Origin: Camelus ferus
Lineage: Eukaryota
DNA: 64,000 nt
NCBI RefSeq assembly: GCF_009834535.1
Contig: NC_045696.1
Span: forward strand, 77,502,001 to 77,566,000
Direction of reading: 5' to 3'
The position numbers and the translations under genes were made by a program. Numbering within the stretch: position 1 is the first letter of the stretch; each line of letters begins with the position of its first letter. The notes beneath the pieces were generated by a model that worked only from the letters and a program-made list of their open reading frames with translations, did no database searches and was not told the DNA's origin. Below, in pieces: positions 1-12,590 of this stretch.

Positions 1-1202
1 TGGCATTTTTACATATATATGAACTACATTTACTCATTCTAATAATTTTTAAGATTTTTATAATCAGGTTAAGGAGAAAAGTTTATTAAATTCTCTAAGA
101 ATCTACATATCTTCCCCAAATTCAAGAAGAACAAATAACAACCCTCCCAAGCCCTCTGTTTCTTTATAGAAAAAACAGTTTTTTGAAGTTAATACAGTAT
201 AGGTTTGTAGTTTTAAGTAGGTGAGTCAAAAAACTGTAGCATCTTTGATTTTTAAAAAAGGAAAAGATAGGTAGACCTCAGGAGAGTCATCCTTAATACT
301 TGCTGACTGCTCTGCTATGAATCAACTTGGAACAGGAAAGTGTTAGCAGTGTTTGAAATACATAAAGTGCTCTCCACATGATATATGTTAATTGAGTTAG
401 AGTCTCACCTCACATAACTTAATTGAAGAATGATAAAGGTCATTAAATTTCAGGATGGCTATATGGATAACAGATAAAATGGTAGAAAGACAGGGCAACA
501 AGAAAATGTGACCCAGTGGCACGCCTGACACAAGGAAAGCAGAACATATTCTGTTTGAAGGTTTTACCAAGAACTGTACAAGTAATCAAGGAAAGTAGGC
601 AAGTAGTTCCCCTTCCCAATCTTGAAGCCTCCTCTGCATTTCTCGTGTTTGACAAGCATCAACTATGCCCTCTTTTCTGCAGAAAATTAAATCAATCAAC
701 TTTTCCATAAATAAAATAAATCCTCTTTAACAGTGTATCTAGAAGAGAAAGTAGAGATTCTTTTTGAAATATTAAACATCTGGATTAAATTTAAATTTAA
801 AACATGGGTATTTAAAGAAAGGTACATCCCTTGTAGAACAAAACAACCTAGTTACTGAAGTTTACTCACAGCTTATGTTTGGTTTGTTTCTCCACTGTTT
901 GGAATAATGTGGATAGAAACGTGTCTGTAATCAGAAAAGCACATGGTTAACATATTTTGTAAGTGCTAAAGACTTTTTTGAGCTCTTATTCTTGGTTATG
1001 AGAATTCAGCATCTATGTGTGCATTTTATAAATCTCAGTAAGTTAAAAGGCTTCTGGGCTGAACTCATATATAGTCCATCTAAACATATCTGTCTCTCTA
1101 GGCACCTTTGTACTCAGGTATTTTATATAAAAGGAAATCACAGCAAATTAAAGACCCCAATTCTCTGATCCAAAAATTATAAATAGATAGAAAGAGATAG
1201 AG

Positions 1203-1225
1203 AGGAAGGAAGGAAGGAAGGATGG
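1203..1225. repeat. (GGAA)n/(GGAT)n simple repeat
   Basis: aggaaggaaggaaggaaggatggat read directly. Confidence 0.85.
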
Positions 1226-2879
1226 ATCCTAATCACGGCTACCTCCTAAAGCTTTGGAGATGTAGACATAAAACAAATTTAGGAAAATTTTCCATTAAGT
1301 ACTTTCAAAATACACCATTATGGCATATTCACTCCTTTTTTCATTACTAATTTTTACAATTATTATTGTTGAAAGAGCCCTTTGCAGAAGTTTGGAAGCT
1401 TCATTTGGGAAGGGATCAGAGCTGTCTTGTTCAGCTCTGTAATCTGGAGCCCAACCAATTCGTGAATGGATGAATCCATCTTTATTGAAAATACAGATTT
1501 ATTTGTAAATACCAGAATGATAGTAACAAGACTTGCTTGACAGTTTAAATTTAAATGCAATAACAGGAGTAAAGAGCAGCTAGGGATATTTTATTCATTT
1601 AAATTATGAAAAACTGATGAATGCTGATGTCTCAGTTTGATACTAATTTGATATTAATCCAGCAAGAATATGAGCATTGTTAGTTTTGACTTCTTCAGTA
1701 TTTTGTCATTTTAATTTAGCAGAAGTTTCCTAATCTGTAATAAGTTCTACTCTGAAAGTATGACTGAGTACAGTTTTTGATATTTGTAGAATAAAGGGAG
1801 ACTTCCATCATGCCAGTGTAACAACAATAACTTTTAAAACAACTGTAGTTTTAATCTGGTTACCAAACACCAATTTACATTTTTTCACCAAGCAACTCAT
1901 TCTTTGAGAAAACTTTTAAACAAGATAAAAATTTCAGATTATTAATGTAGAACATAAAGGACATAAAGGGATGTAGCCCTCTTTCTGTTCAGGAGGTTTC
2001 TTACCTGGAAAGTCAGCAAAATTTCCACAGCTCAGCTGTCATTTGATCGGCTTTTTAAAGAACAGCGTTGATGTTTGAAGTCTTTTATGGGTACCAAGAT
2101 TCACTGTTTAAATATTCAGCTTTAAAACGATTGCCAGAAAATGACACAGTGCTTTTTCCCTTCTCTTGAGAGTATGTTTGATTTATAAAATTAACTTGAG
2201 TAAAAAGTAAGGCATATTTTTGCCAGGATTTCATCAGACAAGCAGATACTTCACATCAAACTCGTGTAATATGTTTTGCACGTATCAGTCTTCAAATAAA
2301 ATTCTTGCATTTTTCAATTCATGCTATCTATCCATGTAGAAAACTTCTTTTGCATTGGGCTGAAAGGAGGGAAATATTTTAGTGTAATTCCTGTTAAAGT
2401 GTAGAAAGCTTGCTTATCAGTTTCCGGGCCTGATTCTTTACACATTCGGAAAGTCTCAAAGCTCTAAGGAGAGACTACGTTTTCCTTAATACCAAGTCTG
2501 CCAAAGATTACACTTAAGTTAATATGATTACTGAAACAAATAAACAATACTGGTTAATTACTACAATTTCAAGGCTTCTATAAAAATCACATTTCTCCAT
2601 ATTAAAATACCGTTTCTGTATGTAAATTCACAGGTTGTAAGAAGAGCATACCCATAGATATTTTAGTCACTGCTCTAATTAAGATCTGTTTCCTCTCTGA
2701 GTCAGACATAAGCCATACTCAAGACGCTTCTTCCTTGATTTTCTTTATTGTCTTCTCTTGGAATGACATGGCCTTTTCATTCATCAGTTTATCCTTTGTG
2801 AGAACTCAGTGTCACTTCATGCTTCTGATCTGGCCCCAATTTGGTTTCATTTTACCATACAGCTTCCATTGCATACCAC

Positions 2880-3030
2880 CTGTCACTTTGGACAAATCAC
2901 TTAAGTTCTCTATTATCTATAAGATAGAAATAATCAAAGTATGTGCTTATAAGATTATCATAAGAATTAAGGAAGCCAAGTGCAGAAAGCAGTTAAAATA
3001 ATATTCAACACATAGTCTATCCTTAGCACA
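2880..3030 (+). mobile_element. MIR SINE fragment
   Basis: tgtcactttggacaaatcacttaagttctc...atctataagatagaaataat resembles the MIR core (tgtgaccttgggcaagttacttaacctctc...ctgtaaaatggggataat). Confidence 0.65.
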
Positions 3031-3319
3031 GGCTTTCTGTTTTCCCCACAAAGTCCGCACCATTTCACACTGCCCTCTCCTTCACACTGCGTTTCCATGC
3101 AATAGCATATAATCTGTTACTTAATCAGGAATTAATTTTCCATAGTTCAGTCTTATTTTCATCAAGGCCATTGCAAACCCCTTGAAGACAGCCCGTCTTG
3201 TGTTACTTGGTGTTTGCATTCTTTAATGTTTGGTCATACACCATCCAGGATAAGTTAAAATAATACTTACGCTAATAACAAAAACAATAGTTATTATTAT
3301 TAGAAAAGTAGCTAGCATC

Positions 3320-3550
3320 AGTTAAACTCTTACTACCCCCTCTTTGGTGGTCTATGCGCATTGTCATTTTAAATCCTTACAATACTCTGAAATGGATCGT
3401 AGTTTTACAGCTCTTTTACCAGTGAGGGAACTGAGGTTTGGGAAGTTGGAGTGACTTTCCCAAGGTCGCAGAATTACCAGTGTCCTCACTGGTGAGACTG
3501 TATGGGTTGCTTGCCCCAAAAGCACAGGGTACTTTATCTTTCTAACAGCT
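3320..3550 (-). mobile_element. MIR SINE
   Basis: ttttaccagtgagggaactgaggtttgggaagttggagtgactttcccaaggtcgca is the reverse MIR core. Confidence 0.8.
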
Positions 3551-5644
3551 CCAGAGCTTCTCATTCTGGATTATTGCATGAAGGCTTCACTCTTATTTCT
3601 TACTTCTCTCCAGTCAGTTGTGCATAGCACCACCCATTCTGTGTTCAGTTTCCTACAGCACTAGGGAGAAGGGTGGTGAGTCGTGATAATTTGAAGCCTG
3701 TCTTCCTGTGGAATCTCAATAGGATTTTTTTCTGTTTAGTTAAAGGTATGTAAATAGACTGGAGTCTGTCAACACCATATACATCTTTATCTAAATTGGA
3801 TTTTTTTTTTAATTTGTAATTGCTTTTCATTATATTTGTGTAGAAGTTGCTTCATTAATATGAATGTCTTCCTGGTTTTATTTTCCAGCTTCTTCACAAA
3901 AACTTGTCACAGAATAAGACTCAATTCCCTAGAATGTTAGGTGTGGGTGAGACTTTAGAGACCGTCTAGGCCAGTATCCTTATTCTGCAGAGCTTGAAAG
4001 AGGGGTCTTTCTCATGTACCTTAATTAGGCTGACAGATAAGCTGCTGCAACTGAGATCCAAAAGCACAGGGACTGTGAAAACATAACCTTTTCCTCTCTC
4101 TTTCCTGTGGTACTCCATATGTGAAAGGCCAGGATCGTCAGGGAATCCCTGCTCCGCTTTGTCAGAAAAAACCAAGGTTTTGTCCGTTGTTGCCCCCAGT
4201 CTCTCCTAAGGTATTTTCATATTCTGTGTGTTAGAGGCTGAGAAACAGGAAGGGGTAAAGGGAAAGTGTGATAGAAGTGATCTGCATCGAAAAGCTAAGA
4301 TCCAGAGGGCATATGACACACCCACTCACATTCTGTTGGTGGTGAGCTTAATCAGACAGTCCCAGCTAACTTCAGACAGGACTACAGGACGCATTCTAGG
4401 TGGGCAGCTCTGGAGACAAGTTGAACACTGTGGAAGCAGGGGAGCAGGGCTTTGATGAGTGCTTGGAAGCTGCACCAGGCCGCAGAGAAAATAGACGTGG
4501 AAGACCTTTACTGCCCGAATCATTTACACCCGCCTCATGTTGAACAGACATACAGTGCTAATGCGTTGTGCTGTATTGGCCCAGTGTTATTATTTTCTAA
4601 CTTAAATATGTTTGCTGTGTTGGTGCTATGTGTTTCCTACCGAAATGTTTGAAAATGAAAACATTGTGTCTCTCTAAACTGTTCTGTATCTTCAGGACAG
4701 TTTTATAGAGAGACGTGGGTTTTTTTTTTAATGTGTTTAAGATATACACATATAAAGAACATATGCTTCTTATATACTCAGAGTTTTTTGGAGATAGGTA
4801 CAGTCCCTTGAATGCCTTTATTATTTTCCCTATCAGTAACATCAGAGTTTCTGGGTTATTACAAGAAGAGGCATCCTTATGTGTGAGGGTGGCATGGATA
4901 ATTTCATTAGTAACCATTGTGAGGTAAATTATCCACACTTGGTGTAAGACCCACCGTGAATCAAAATCAGAAGGCTGCCTTATTTATACCTTTATTCTTT
5001 CATAGCAGTGATTCTGTATAATGCCTTGATTTGGAATAAAATCTGATTGGCGTTAAACTCAAGTTCACAATCAGACAGGTATCTGCATTGGGCTTCTATA
5101 ACTGTAACAATCTGATCTAAACCTGCTTGCACAACAGATGCAGACTGTTGTGTTACACAGTTACACAGTGGTGGAGAGTAAGATGTGGTTAGATCCATTT
5201 GGCTCACTCCTTCATATGCGTTCATTAGTCGGGACAAACATTTTTGTATAAACTCAAATGGGAGTCTCCAGAATTTGTCATTTGGTCCCACTTTAAACTC
5301 TTTAAAATTTACTTACGTATAATAACTGATTTTGTTACAGTGTTTCATTTCCACATTGTACATAAACAAAATGGGAATATCAAAATGTATATCATAATCA
5401 GGGAAGTGCATATAACTATGGGATTTTACATTACTTGTACAGGAAGCATATCATTGAAATATAAACAATAGCAATAATACCATCATAAAACAGTTGTATA
5501 TTGCCTATAGTTTTTGTAAATTTTACAAATTAGGAGATCTAGGATGATGAATTCTAATTGATATCTGTCCAATGAGTGTTGACACTTAAAGATGCATTCA
5601 CGTGATTGACTTGTCTGCCAATTGATGTTAACTGTTCATTGTAA

Positions 5645-5800
5645 GTTCTGGAATCTGAGTGATTTGAATTTTAATCCAAGCTTAGTCATTTACAGACACG
5701 TGAGTTTCTTAATTAAATTACATAAATTCTAGATTTCTGCTCTAGAAATAGGAAAAATAATGCTTTTAGGTGATAGTAGAAATTGATTTAATGGGCTGAA
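5645..5800 (+). mobile_element. MIR SINE fragment
   Basis: ctggaatctgagtgatttgaattttaatccaagcttagtcatttacagacacgtga resembles the MIR 5'/core. Confidence 0.55.
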
Positions 5801-7234
5801 AAGGTGATGAGTGCAGCTACAGAAATGTAGTGTATACCCAGCTTACGGTAACCAATTCCAGTCCATCCCTGCTCCTATATTTTCCTGGGAAAAGACTGAA
5901 TTTTATTTATCTCCATATCTCAACAATGTCTAGTGAAATGCCTTGTACAATAGACAGATATTTGTTGAATTGACCTGAATCTGAAATAGAGGATAAAAGA
6001 AAATACTAGTACAATTCAAGAGAAAACATATCTCTTGGTTTATATTATCAGGATATCTCAGATGAAAAATATTTTATTTTCTCATCTGGTCTGAAACGTC
6101 AGATAACCACCTAAATCTTCCAATTTAGGTGGTTGTGCAAAGACTCAGTCTAAGATGAATACAGTTTTCCTTTGGAACTGAAGTGTTTTGGCAGTTGTTC
6201 AGTTCACTAGATGTGCTATTAAAACAGCATAACTGATTCAGCAATTTCACTCAGGTGCAGGTTTGCCTAATGTTGCAGATCTCCTGCAATAATCTGGAAA
6301 AATAAATAGGGAATTCAGAGGTTACACCAGTTATAGAGTCATTAGGAGTAAGCGCCATAGTGACTTGAAGTGATTTCCTTAATTGTAATTTCTCCCCTTT
6401 TCATTATACTTGAGTCTTAAATTATAACTGACTATCTTCCTTGAGTTCTTCGTGACAGACCTCATGCAGACCTTTAAGTAAATATAAAGAAGAAAACAGA
6501 TGTTAAATCTCTTCCTCACCTAAAATATAAATACGGACAACACACGATTAGCACAAGGAAACAAAGTCAGCTGTGTTCCCAAACCCCGTTTGTGTTACAC
6601 TTTTTTGTAAGTTTTTATTTCTGTCTTGAAAAAACATTTTTCACTCGTTAAAACAGTCTTCATCTTAGATTTACGTATCATACAACCTGACAGAACTGTT
6701 TAAATGTAACATTATAACTATATACTTTATCACTGTAGGTTATAAATATGCTCACATTTCTTGCATTTATAATGCTTGAGAATCCACTGGCATTAGTTAT
6801 AGGAAGTCCAGTTTTGCTCCTTACCCACTCCACCTACCAATGTTTAAGAGTTTGGGGCTTAAATAATCCAAAGATGAAGGCAGAATCCTGCTTCTAAAAA
6901 CCAGCCAGAAAGTTCACTGCTTATGTTGTTCTTCATGATCACATGGTGAGATGATAGAAACTTGGAACTGCCTAGTTCCTTGGGCATTTTTATAATCAGC
7001 AAAGATCTCCCCAAATTTGGGATTATATTCACAATTCTCTTAGTTTATGATCTGTAGACACAGTACTAGGGTAGGCTGAGCTCTAAAGACCTTTGAAGCA
7101 ATATGAATGTCTCAGATCTGAAAGGAATCAAGATTTCAAAACTGGTAGACTATTGAACTGTAGACTACATTTCTGCTATTAAATTATGGTATTATCATGG
7201 AAACTATTAATAGAAATATTGCCATCTTTTATTA

Positions 7235-7742
7235 GACTTAGTGAGGAATATCCCCTTCTTTCCTCTTGAGAATGGGTTGGATTTAGAGACTCAATTCTAA
7301 TAAATCTAATGTGTCAGAAGTGACAGTGTGTGATTTCTCAGAGTAAGACATAAAATGCACTATGGCTAGCTCCTTGCTCTCTCCCTTAGATTGGATCCAT
7401 TTCTGGGTGGATCCAAGTGTGCTGTCATAACGGTACTCAATCAGACCTATGGAGAGAGCCACATAGTAAGGAACTGACGCCTCCTGTCAGTACCAGTAGG
7501 GGGGATGAGGCTAGTTACTAATAGCGCCATGACTGAGCTGTTCTGCAAGCCTCAGTCAACCCTGCAGATGATGGCAACAGGCTGACATCTTACCTGAAAC
7601 TTCACAAGGGACCTCTAGCTGAGAACCAATTAGCTAAGCCACTTAAATTTTTTAACTACATAAACTATGAGATAATAAATGTTTATTGTTTTAAACCATT
7701 AAATTCATGGGCAACTTTTCATGCAGTAATAGATAATTAACA
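7235..7742 (+). mobile_element. MaLR solo LTR, MLT1 family (MLT1F/G-like)
   Basis: Typical MLT1 3' end aaactatgagataataaatgtttattgttttaaaccattaaatt...atgcagtaatagataattaaca, plus the internal cagaagtgacagtgtgtgattt motif. Confidence 0.8.
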
Positions 7743-8531
7743 TCATCTTCAAGAAGTCATTCCTTCCACTGATTTCTACCACTCTTCTCTGAATTTTGTT
7801 AAGTAAATTAGCTGACCAGTTGCTTGCTCAAAATAACATTTTTTTTCAGAATTATTTTCTATATTCTGTGTGATTTAAAAAGAAAACAGTTTCTAGCAGG
7901 AGATTTTGTTACATCGACATACTGCAGGAGGATCTTTGCTTTGCTTGTCCTACTGTCAAACTCATCTGCTCTGCTAATAAACTAGAGAGAATTAAGTTGT
8001 CATAGACTTTTGGCATCACAATAACCTTTAAGAACATTCAACTCCAGCCTACCAGTTAACCAACCAGTGCTTAAACTAGAACATCCCTTCCAACACTCAT
8101 CATCTGTGTTTGAACTCACAATATCCAAAGAACAGGCTTCTGCCTGCAGGCAGCTGTTAATTTTAGAAAGCCTTCTTTTACATTAAGTGATAGTTTTGAC
8201 CCTTTCAACCGAGTTAACCTTTTGTGGACAGCCATACAGAACAAGTCTTCACAAAACAACTCTTTCCTTTTAAACTCAAAAATGCAAACCTATTTTAACA
8301 CTAACATTAATAAGTTCATTTTCTTATTTATTCACTCACTTGCTCAACAAAGTCTTGTTGGATCCCCACCAAATATAAATCACAATGAGAAAAAAGCTAT
8401 TTTGAATTCAACGAGGCATTCAAAGACATTTTACTCAGGAAAAGGAGGTGATATATGCAATTCAAATCATTGAATGAATTGTGATCATTGTAATAAAGTA
8501 ATACAAAACAAGATCATTTGCTATTTATCAC

Positions 8532-8990
8532 TGTGAAGAAAAGAGTTAACATAGTATGCCTGAGATGGCTCTCCTTGGAAAGCTCTGCTTGTGTGGCTGG
8601 AATCTGGGCAGTTGGATTTTGGGAGGGTTCCCACCATTTCCAGAACTAGGTAGTAGCTCACTGTGCCTAAACTGTTTGTTGAAATGAGGTGGTTTATGCT
8701 GGCCACCTGTTACCCTTCTGGGACTCTGAAATTTCAGTACGTGCTAGGCCAAGGGTGCTTATGTGAGCAATCCCCAATAAAAATCCTAGGCAGTTAGTCT
8801 TTAATGAGCTTCCCTGGTAACAATATTTCACACATGTTGTCAAACTCATTGCCGGAGGAATTAAGCCTGTCTCATGTGACTCACTGAGGGAAGACTTTTA
8901 GAAGCTTGAGCCTGATTTCATGTGGAAATTCCTCCTTGTGCCTTTTCCCTTTGCTGATTTTGCTTTGTGTCCGTGAACCAAGCTGACACA
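8532..8990 (+). mobile_element. ERVL-class solo LTR, MER68-like
   Basis: Starts tgtgaagaaaagagttaacatagtatgcctgag; contains ggattttgggagggttcccaccatt, tgagcttccctggta and ccttttccctttgctgattttgctttg; ends gacaca. Confidence 0.75.
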
Positions 8991-9169
8991 TCATTTTTGT
9001 TTATACACTGGCATATGGAAACAGCAAAATGGGATGAAGGACTAAGGACTAAGAAACAACAGTCACCAAACAGAAACACTGAGAGCCTCTGCATTTTTAG
9101 GTGCTAAAAATACCAAAACTGAGAGATACGCCTTCAGGGCACATGATATTTGATGAAAGAATGTTTGAG

Positions 9170-9460
9170 TCACAGTGCCAAAATCAAAGCTCTGACCTAT
9201 GCTAGCTAACACTCTGCTTTTCTTTCCACTATGACTTTAAGCAAGTGCTTGATCCAATAGAAAGGATCCAATAACTGTAAATTATGAGCTATTTCTGTTT
9301 ACTCATCTGTTAATAATAGTTACTCATCTGTTAAAAAGAGTTAATAATAGTATCCACTCTCATAAGTTTATTCTGAATATTAACTACATAATGAATACAA
9401 GGTGGTTTGAGTAGTTTCTGGAATATCATGGTAGTTCAATAAATGTGAATTATTAATTGC
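9170..9460 (+). mobile_element. MIR SINE with internal short duplication
   Basis: ctgtttactcatctgttaa...ataatagtatccactctcataagtt...ttcaataaatgtgaattatta matches the MIR core and tail. Confidence 0.75.
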
Positions 9461-9519
9461 CATAGAAAATAGAAAAGAAATACAGAAAGTTCTCCAAGAT
9501 AACAGGGAGACTAAAAGAA

Positions 9520-10200
9520 TAAGGAAAAAAAAATAAAACAACTGAATAAGACATAAAAGATAACCAAAAAGGGGGGGGGGGGAAGTAAGCTGATAGTAGT
9601 CAGTAGCTCAGAAAAGAAATGAAAAAGAATAGTCATATCAGAAGCAACAGCAAATACATAAAAAATAATACAAATAATAGAGAAATTTAAAAACAAATCA
9701 GCCTGAGGAAACTATCAAAGTACTAAGAGACAAAAGACACAGATATAAAAACAATTAGACAATTATAAACATATGAAGGATAGGCAAATGAATTCTAACC
9801 CATGCATAACTGTGTTTCTAAAGAAAAAGAAAACAATAAAATGTATTTTCAAAATGTAATAGATGAAGATTTTCCTGAAATAAAAATTTGAATTTGAAGG
9901 GCAAAAAGATACACAGCAGTATAAAACGTATCTTAAATGACATATTTTAGGGAATATCTTAAGACATGCCTTAGTGAAATTAATCTGGACTTCAGGAATA
10001 AAGAATCCTGTGATTAATCAAATGAGAAAGAGAACAAAAGCAAGAAACATACAATTATTGAACCATTGTTTTTAAAGTTTTAAGGCAAAAAATAAATAAC
10101 CCAAGAATTTTACACTTACCTAAGTTCCTTTGATTAAAAGGCAACAATCAAGCATTCTGAAGTATGCCAGAATTTGAGGAATACAGCATTTAAGAATCTA
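9520..10200 (+). mobile_element. Old L1/HAL1 ORF1-region remnant
   Basis: A-rich strand; aagattttcctgaaataaaa and ccaagaattttacacttacctaagtt resemble decayed ORF1 ENFPE and PRILYPAKL coding segments. Confidence 0.6.
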
Positions 10201-10464
10201 CCAAAGTTAATTTAAAAAAACAAAACACCTCCTTGGCTGCCTTTTGAAATAGGCTGAGGGTTGGAAAGAACTCAGCCTGCATGGTGGCAGAACCAAGGAG
10301 AAGGACCTGTGGTCAAGACCTCTGTTACCTGGAGTAACCAGCAGAGAAGAAACATATGATATGGTATGGGGAAGACTAGAATGAGTCCAGTGGTGTTGGA
10401 TTGAAATTCAAAGTATAGGTGTGAGTTTTCTCTTCATTAGTTCATTTTCTGAAATTTCTATGTG

Positions 10465-10546
10465 ATATATATATATATATGTATGTGTGTATATATACAT
10501 ACATATATATATATATATATATGAATAAAAATTGTGTGTGTGTGTA
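10465..10546. repeat. Compound (TA)n/(TG)n microsatellite
   Basis: Direct reading. Confidence 0.9.
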
Positions 10547-11549
10547 TGAAAACTCCAATGAAACAATCTCTATGTTGGGCTTCATTAATTTCTTTCCAAT
10601 ATTTGCTTTCTGCTTTTCAGTATTAGATCATTTTTCTTGACAGACAAGAAGTAAGCAAAAATGCATATGAACAATTCTACTTTTGATGCCCACACATAGT
10701 ATAAACTGATCACTCAAGTAACCCTCAGTTACTCTTGAAATGAGATAGTATCAGTGAGTTACACAGGGGATGTAGTAATACTATGCAACAGCAAAGCATT
10801 TTCAAATCAAATCCAAACAGGAAGTCATCCTTCCCACTTAAATGGGTAGAATATAACCTCCTTCTTTTCAAAGCAGCACATCGCATAGCTTTGGGCAGGT
10901 AGCACACATGTAGGACCATGGAGGCCTCTCCACAACTGAGAAGGTACTACACACATGCTCAATTCTTAGAATTTCCTGGTAGCTTAAAGAATAAATACTT
11001 AGAGTTAAAATGTGTGGGATATTTTAAATGTTTACATTTAATATAGTCATGCATTTAATAAACACAAACAAGGCAATGAAATTTTGTTATCCACTAGATA
11101 ATTAGAAGGTTTGTATTAGAGATAAGATCAAATGCCTAAATTTGAGGTCCTGTGAATGTAAGGCCTGAGCTAAAGGCTCTCCTGTCCTGGAAAGAGCTCT
11201 AGCAGAACACAGAAAATATAGAGATGCAAATTGCTGCAATCAAGCATAGGTTCTAAGTCAGAAATTTGCATTATTGGAAGATACTTAACCTTTACAGGGA
11301 TCAATTAATTTTAAGCCAACATAATTAAAGCAAATTAAACAATTAAGTTGTTAAAGATGGAGAGTGATCTGCAAATAGAAGTAAGAGCCTTGTAGCCACC
11401 AGTGCTGATCTGGTGGAAGAGAAAAAATTAGTTCACATAGTAGAGGATCAATAAAACCTGAAAGAAGGAGAATCCAAACTAGATTGGAACAGACGCCAGC
11501 TAAGTGTTGTCAGTATCCCTTATCCCCAAATATTAGCCCAGTCCCTTCC

Positions 11550-11990
11550 TTATTCATTCACTCACTAAGCACTTATTTATAATCCTCTAGGTCTAAGAAA
11601 CTTGCTAATTATTGTCATTGCAAAAATATACAAGGTGCATTCTTGCCCTCCAGTGACCCAAAATACTGTTTCCTGTCCTGGGATAGAAACATATAGCAGG
11701 TGGCTGTAGAAGCAGGAAGGAGAGCACTTAACTTCAACCAGCACCATCACAGAAGTCTTCTCAGGGAAGATGACATTTTAAGTGAGTGTTAAACTTTGAG
11801 AAGTGGTCAAGGGAACATAGTGCACAGAGATATGGAAGAGGGAGAGAGTGATGTACTTTGGAAGCTGAATATTGTTTTTAAAACCAAACAATATGGAATG
11901 ATAAATAGAGATCAGTTGATGGAGGACCTTGAGTATCAACTAAAGATTCTTTTTGCTTCTCATGCACTAAAGACTCTACTGGGGTTTGGA
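11550..11990 (-). mobile_element. L2 LINE 3' region
   Basis: ttcattcactcactaagcacttatt (reverse of the L2 tail) followed by the purine-rich antisense L2 pattern. Confidence 0.65.
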
Positions 11991-12479
11991 AACCTTACTT
12001 GTTAGTACCTTTTGAAGGAAGGCATAGTGAGAATCTTCATGCACTTAGCCTAGACGAAATTCATACACAATTTGGCAAAATTCACCAAATCACTGTGATG
12101 AATATTTGGCTTCTACGTACTTCAGTTGGATCCCCAGATATGGAACACAAGCTCTTACTGGCAGCTCTAGCTTCTGGCCTCTCTGGCACTGGATTCCCAG
12201 AATCCCCTCATGACCTCAGAGCTCTGAAATCTTCGCTGCATTTTTTCCCTGACACCCAATGTGCTGATGAGAAATATAATGCCATTGTGGATGCATGTAG
12301 CTTTGTAGGTGGTCTGCTTTTTCCCACCAGAGCATTTAAGGACTTTTCCCCTTGTTGTTCTAAAGTTTTATAAGGACTTTTCTTAGGTGAGGGTCTATTT
12401 CATGTATAGATACACCCTCAGCTCCTAGAAAAGCTTGGCATTTTCAGGCCCATGTAATTTGAATACCAGTCTTAGTATT

Positions 12480-12590
12480 ATTATTCATAATAGCCAAAAT
12501 ACGGAAATAACCATCAATGTATGACTGGGTAAAGAGGATATGGTATGTATTAATACAATGGAATACTAGTCAGCCATAAAAAGTGACAAT
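12480..12590 (+). mobile_element. L1 ORF2 3'-end fragment
   Basis: ttattcataatagccaaaa...atacaatggaatactagtcagccataaaaag is the conserved L1 ORF2 C-terminal segment. Confidence 0.8.

Noticed and set aside
11999..12373. 124-aa plus-strand ORF
   Set aside because: Non-ATG start, runs through repeat-like sequence, no recognisable protein.
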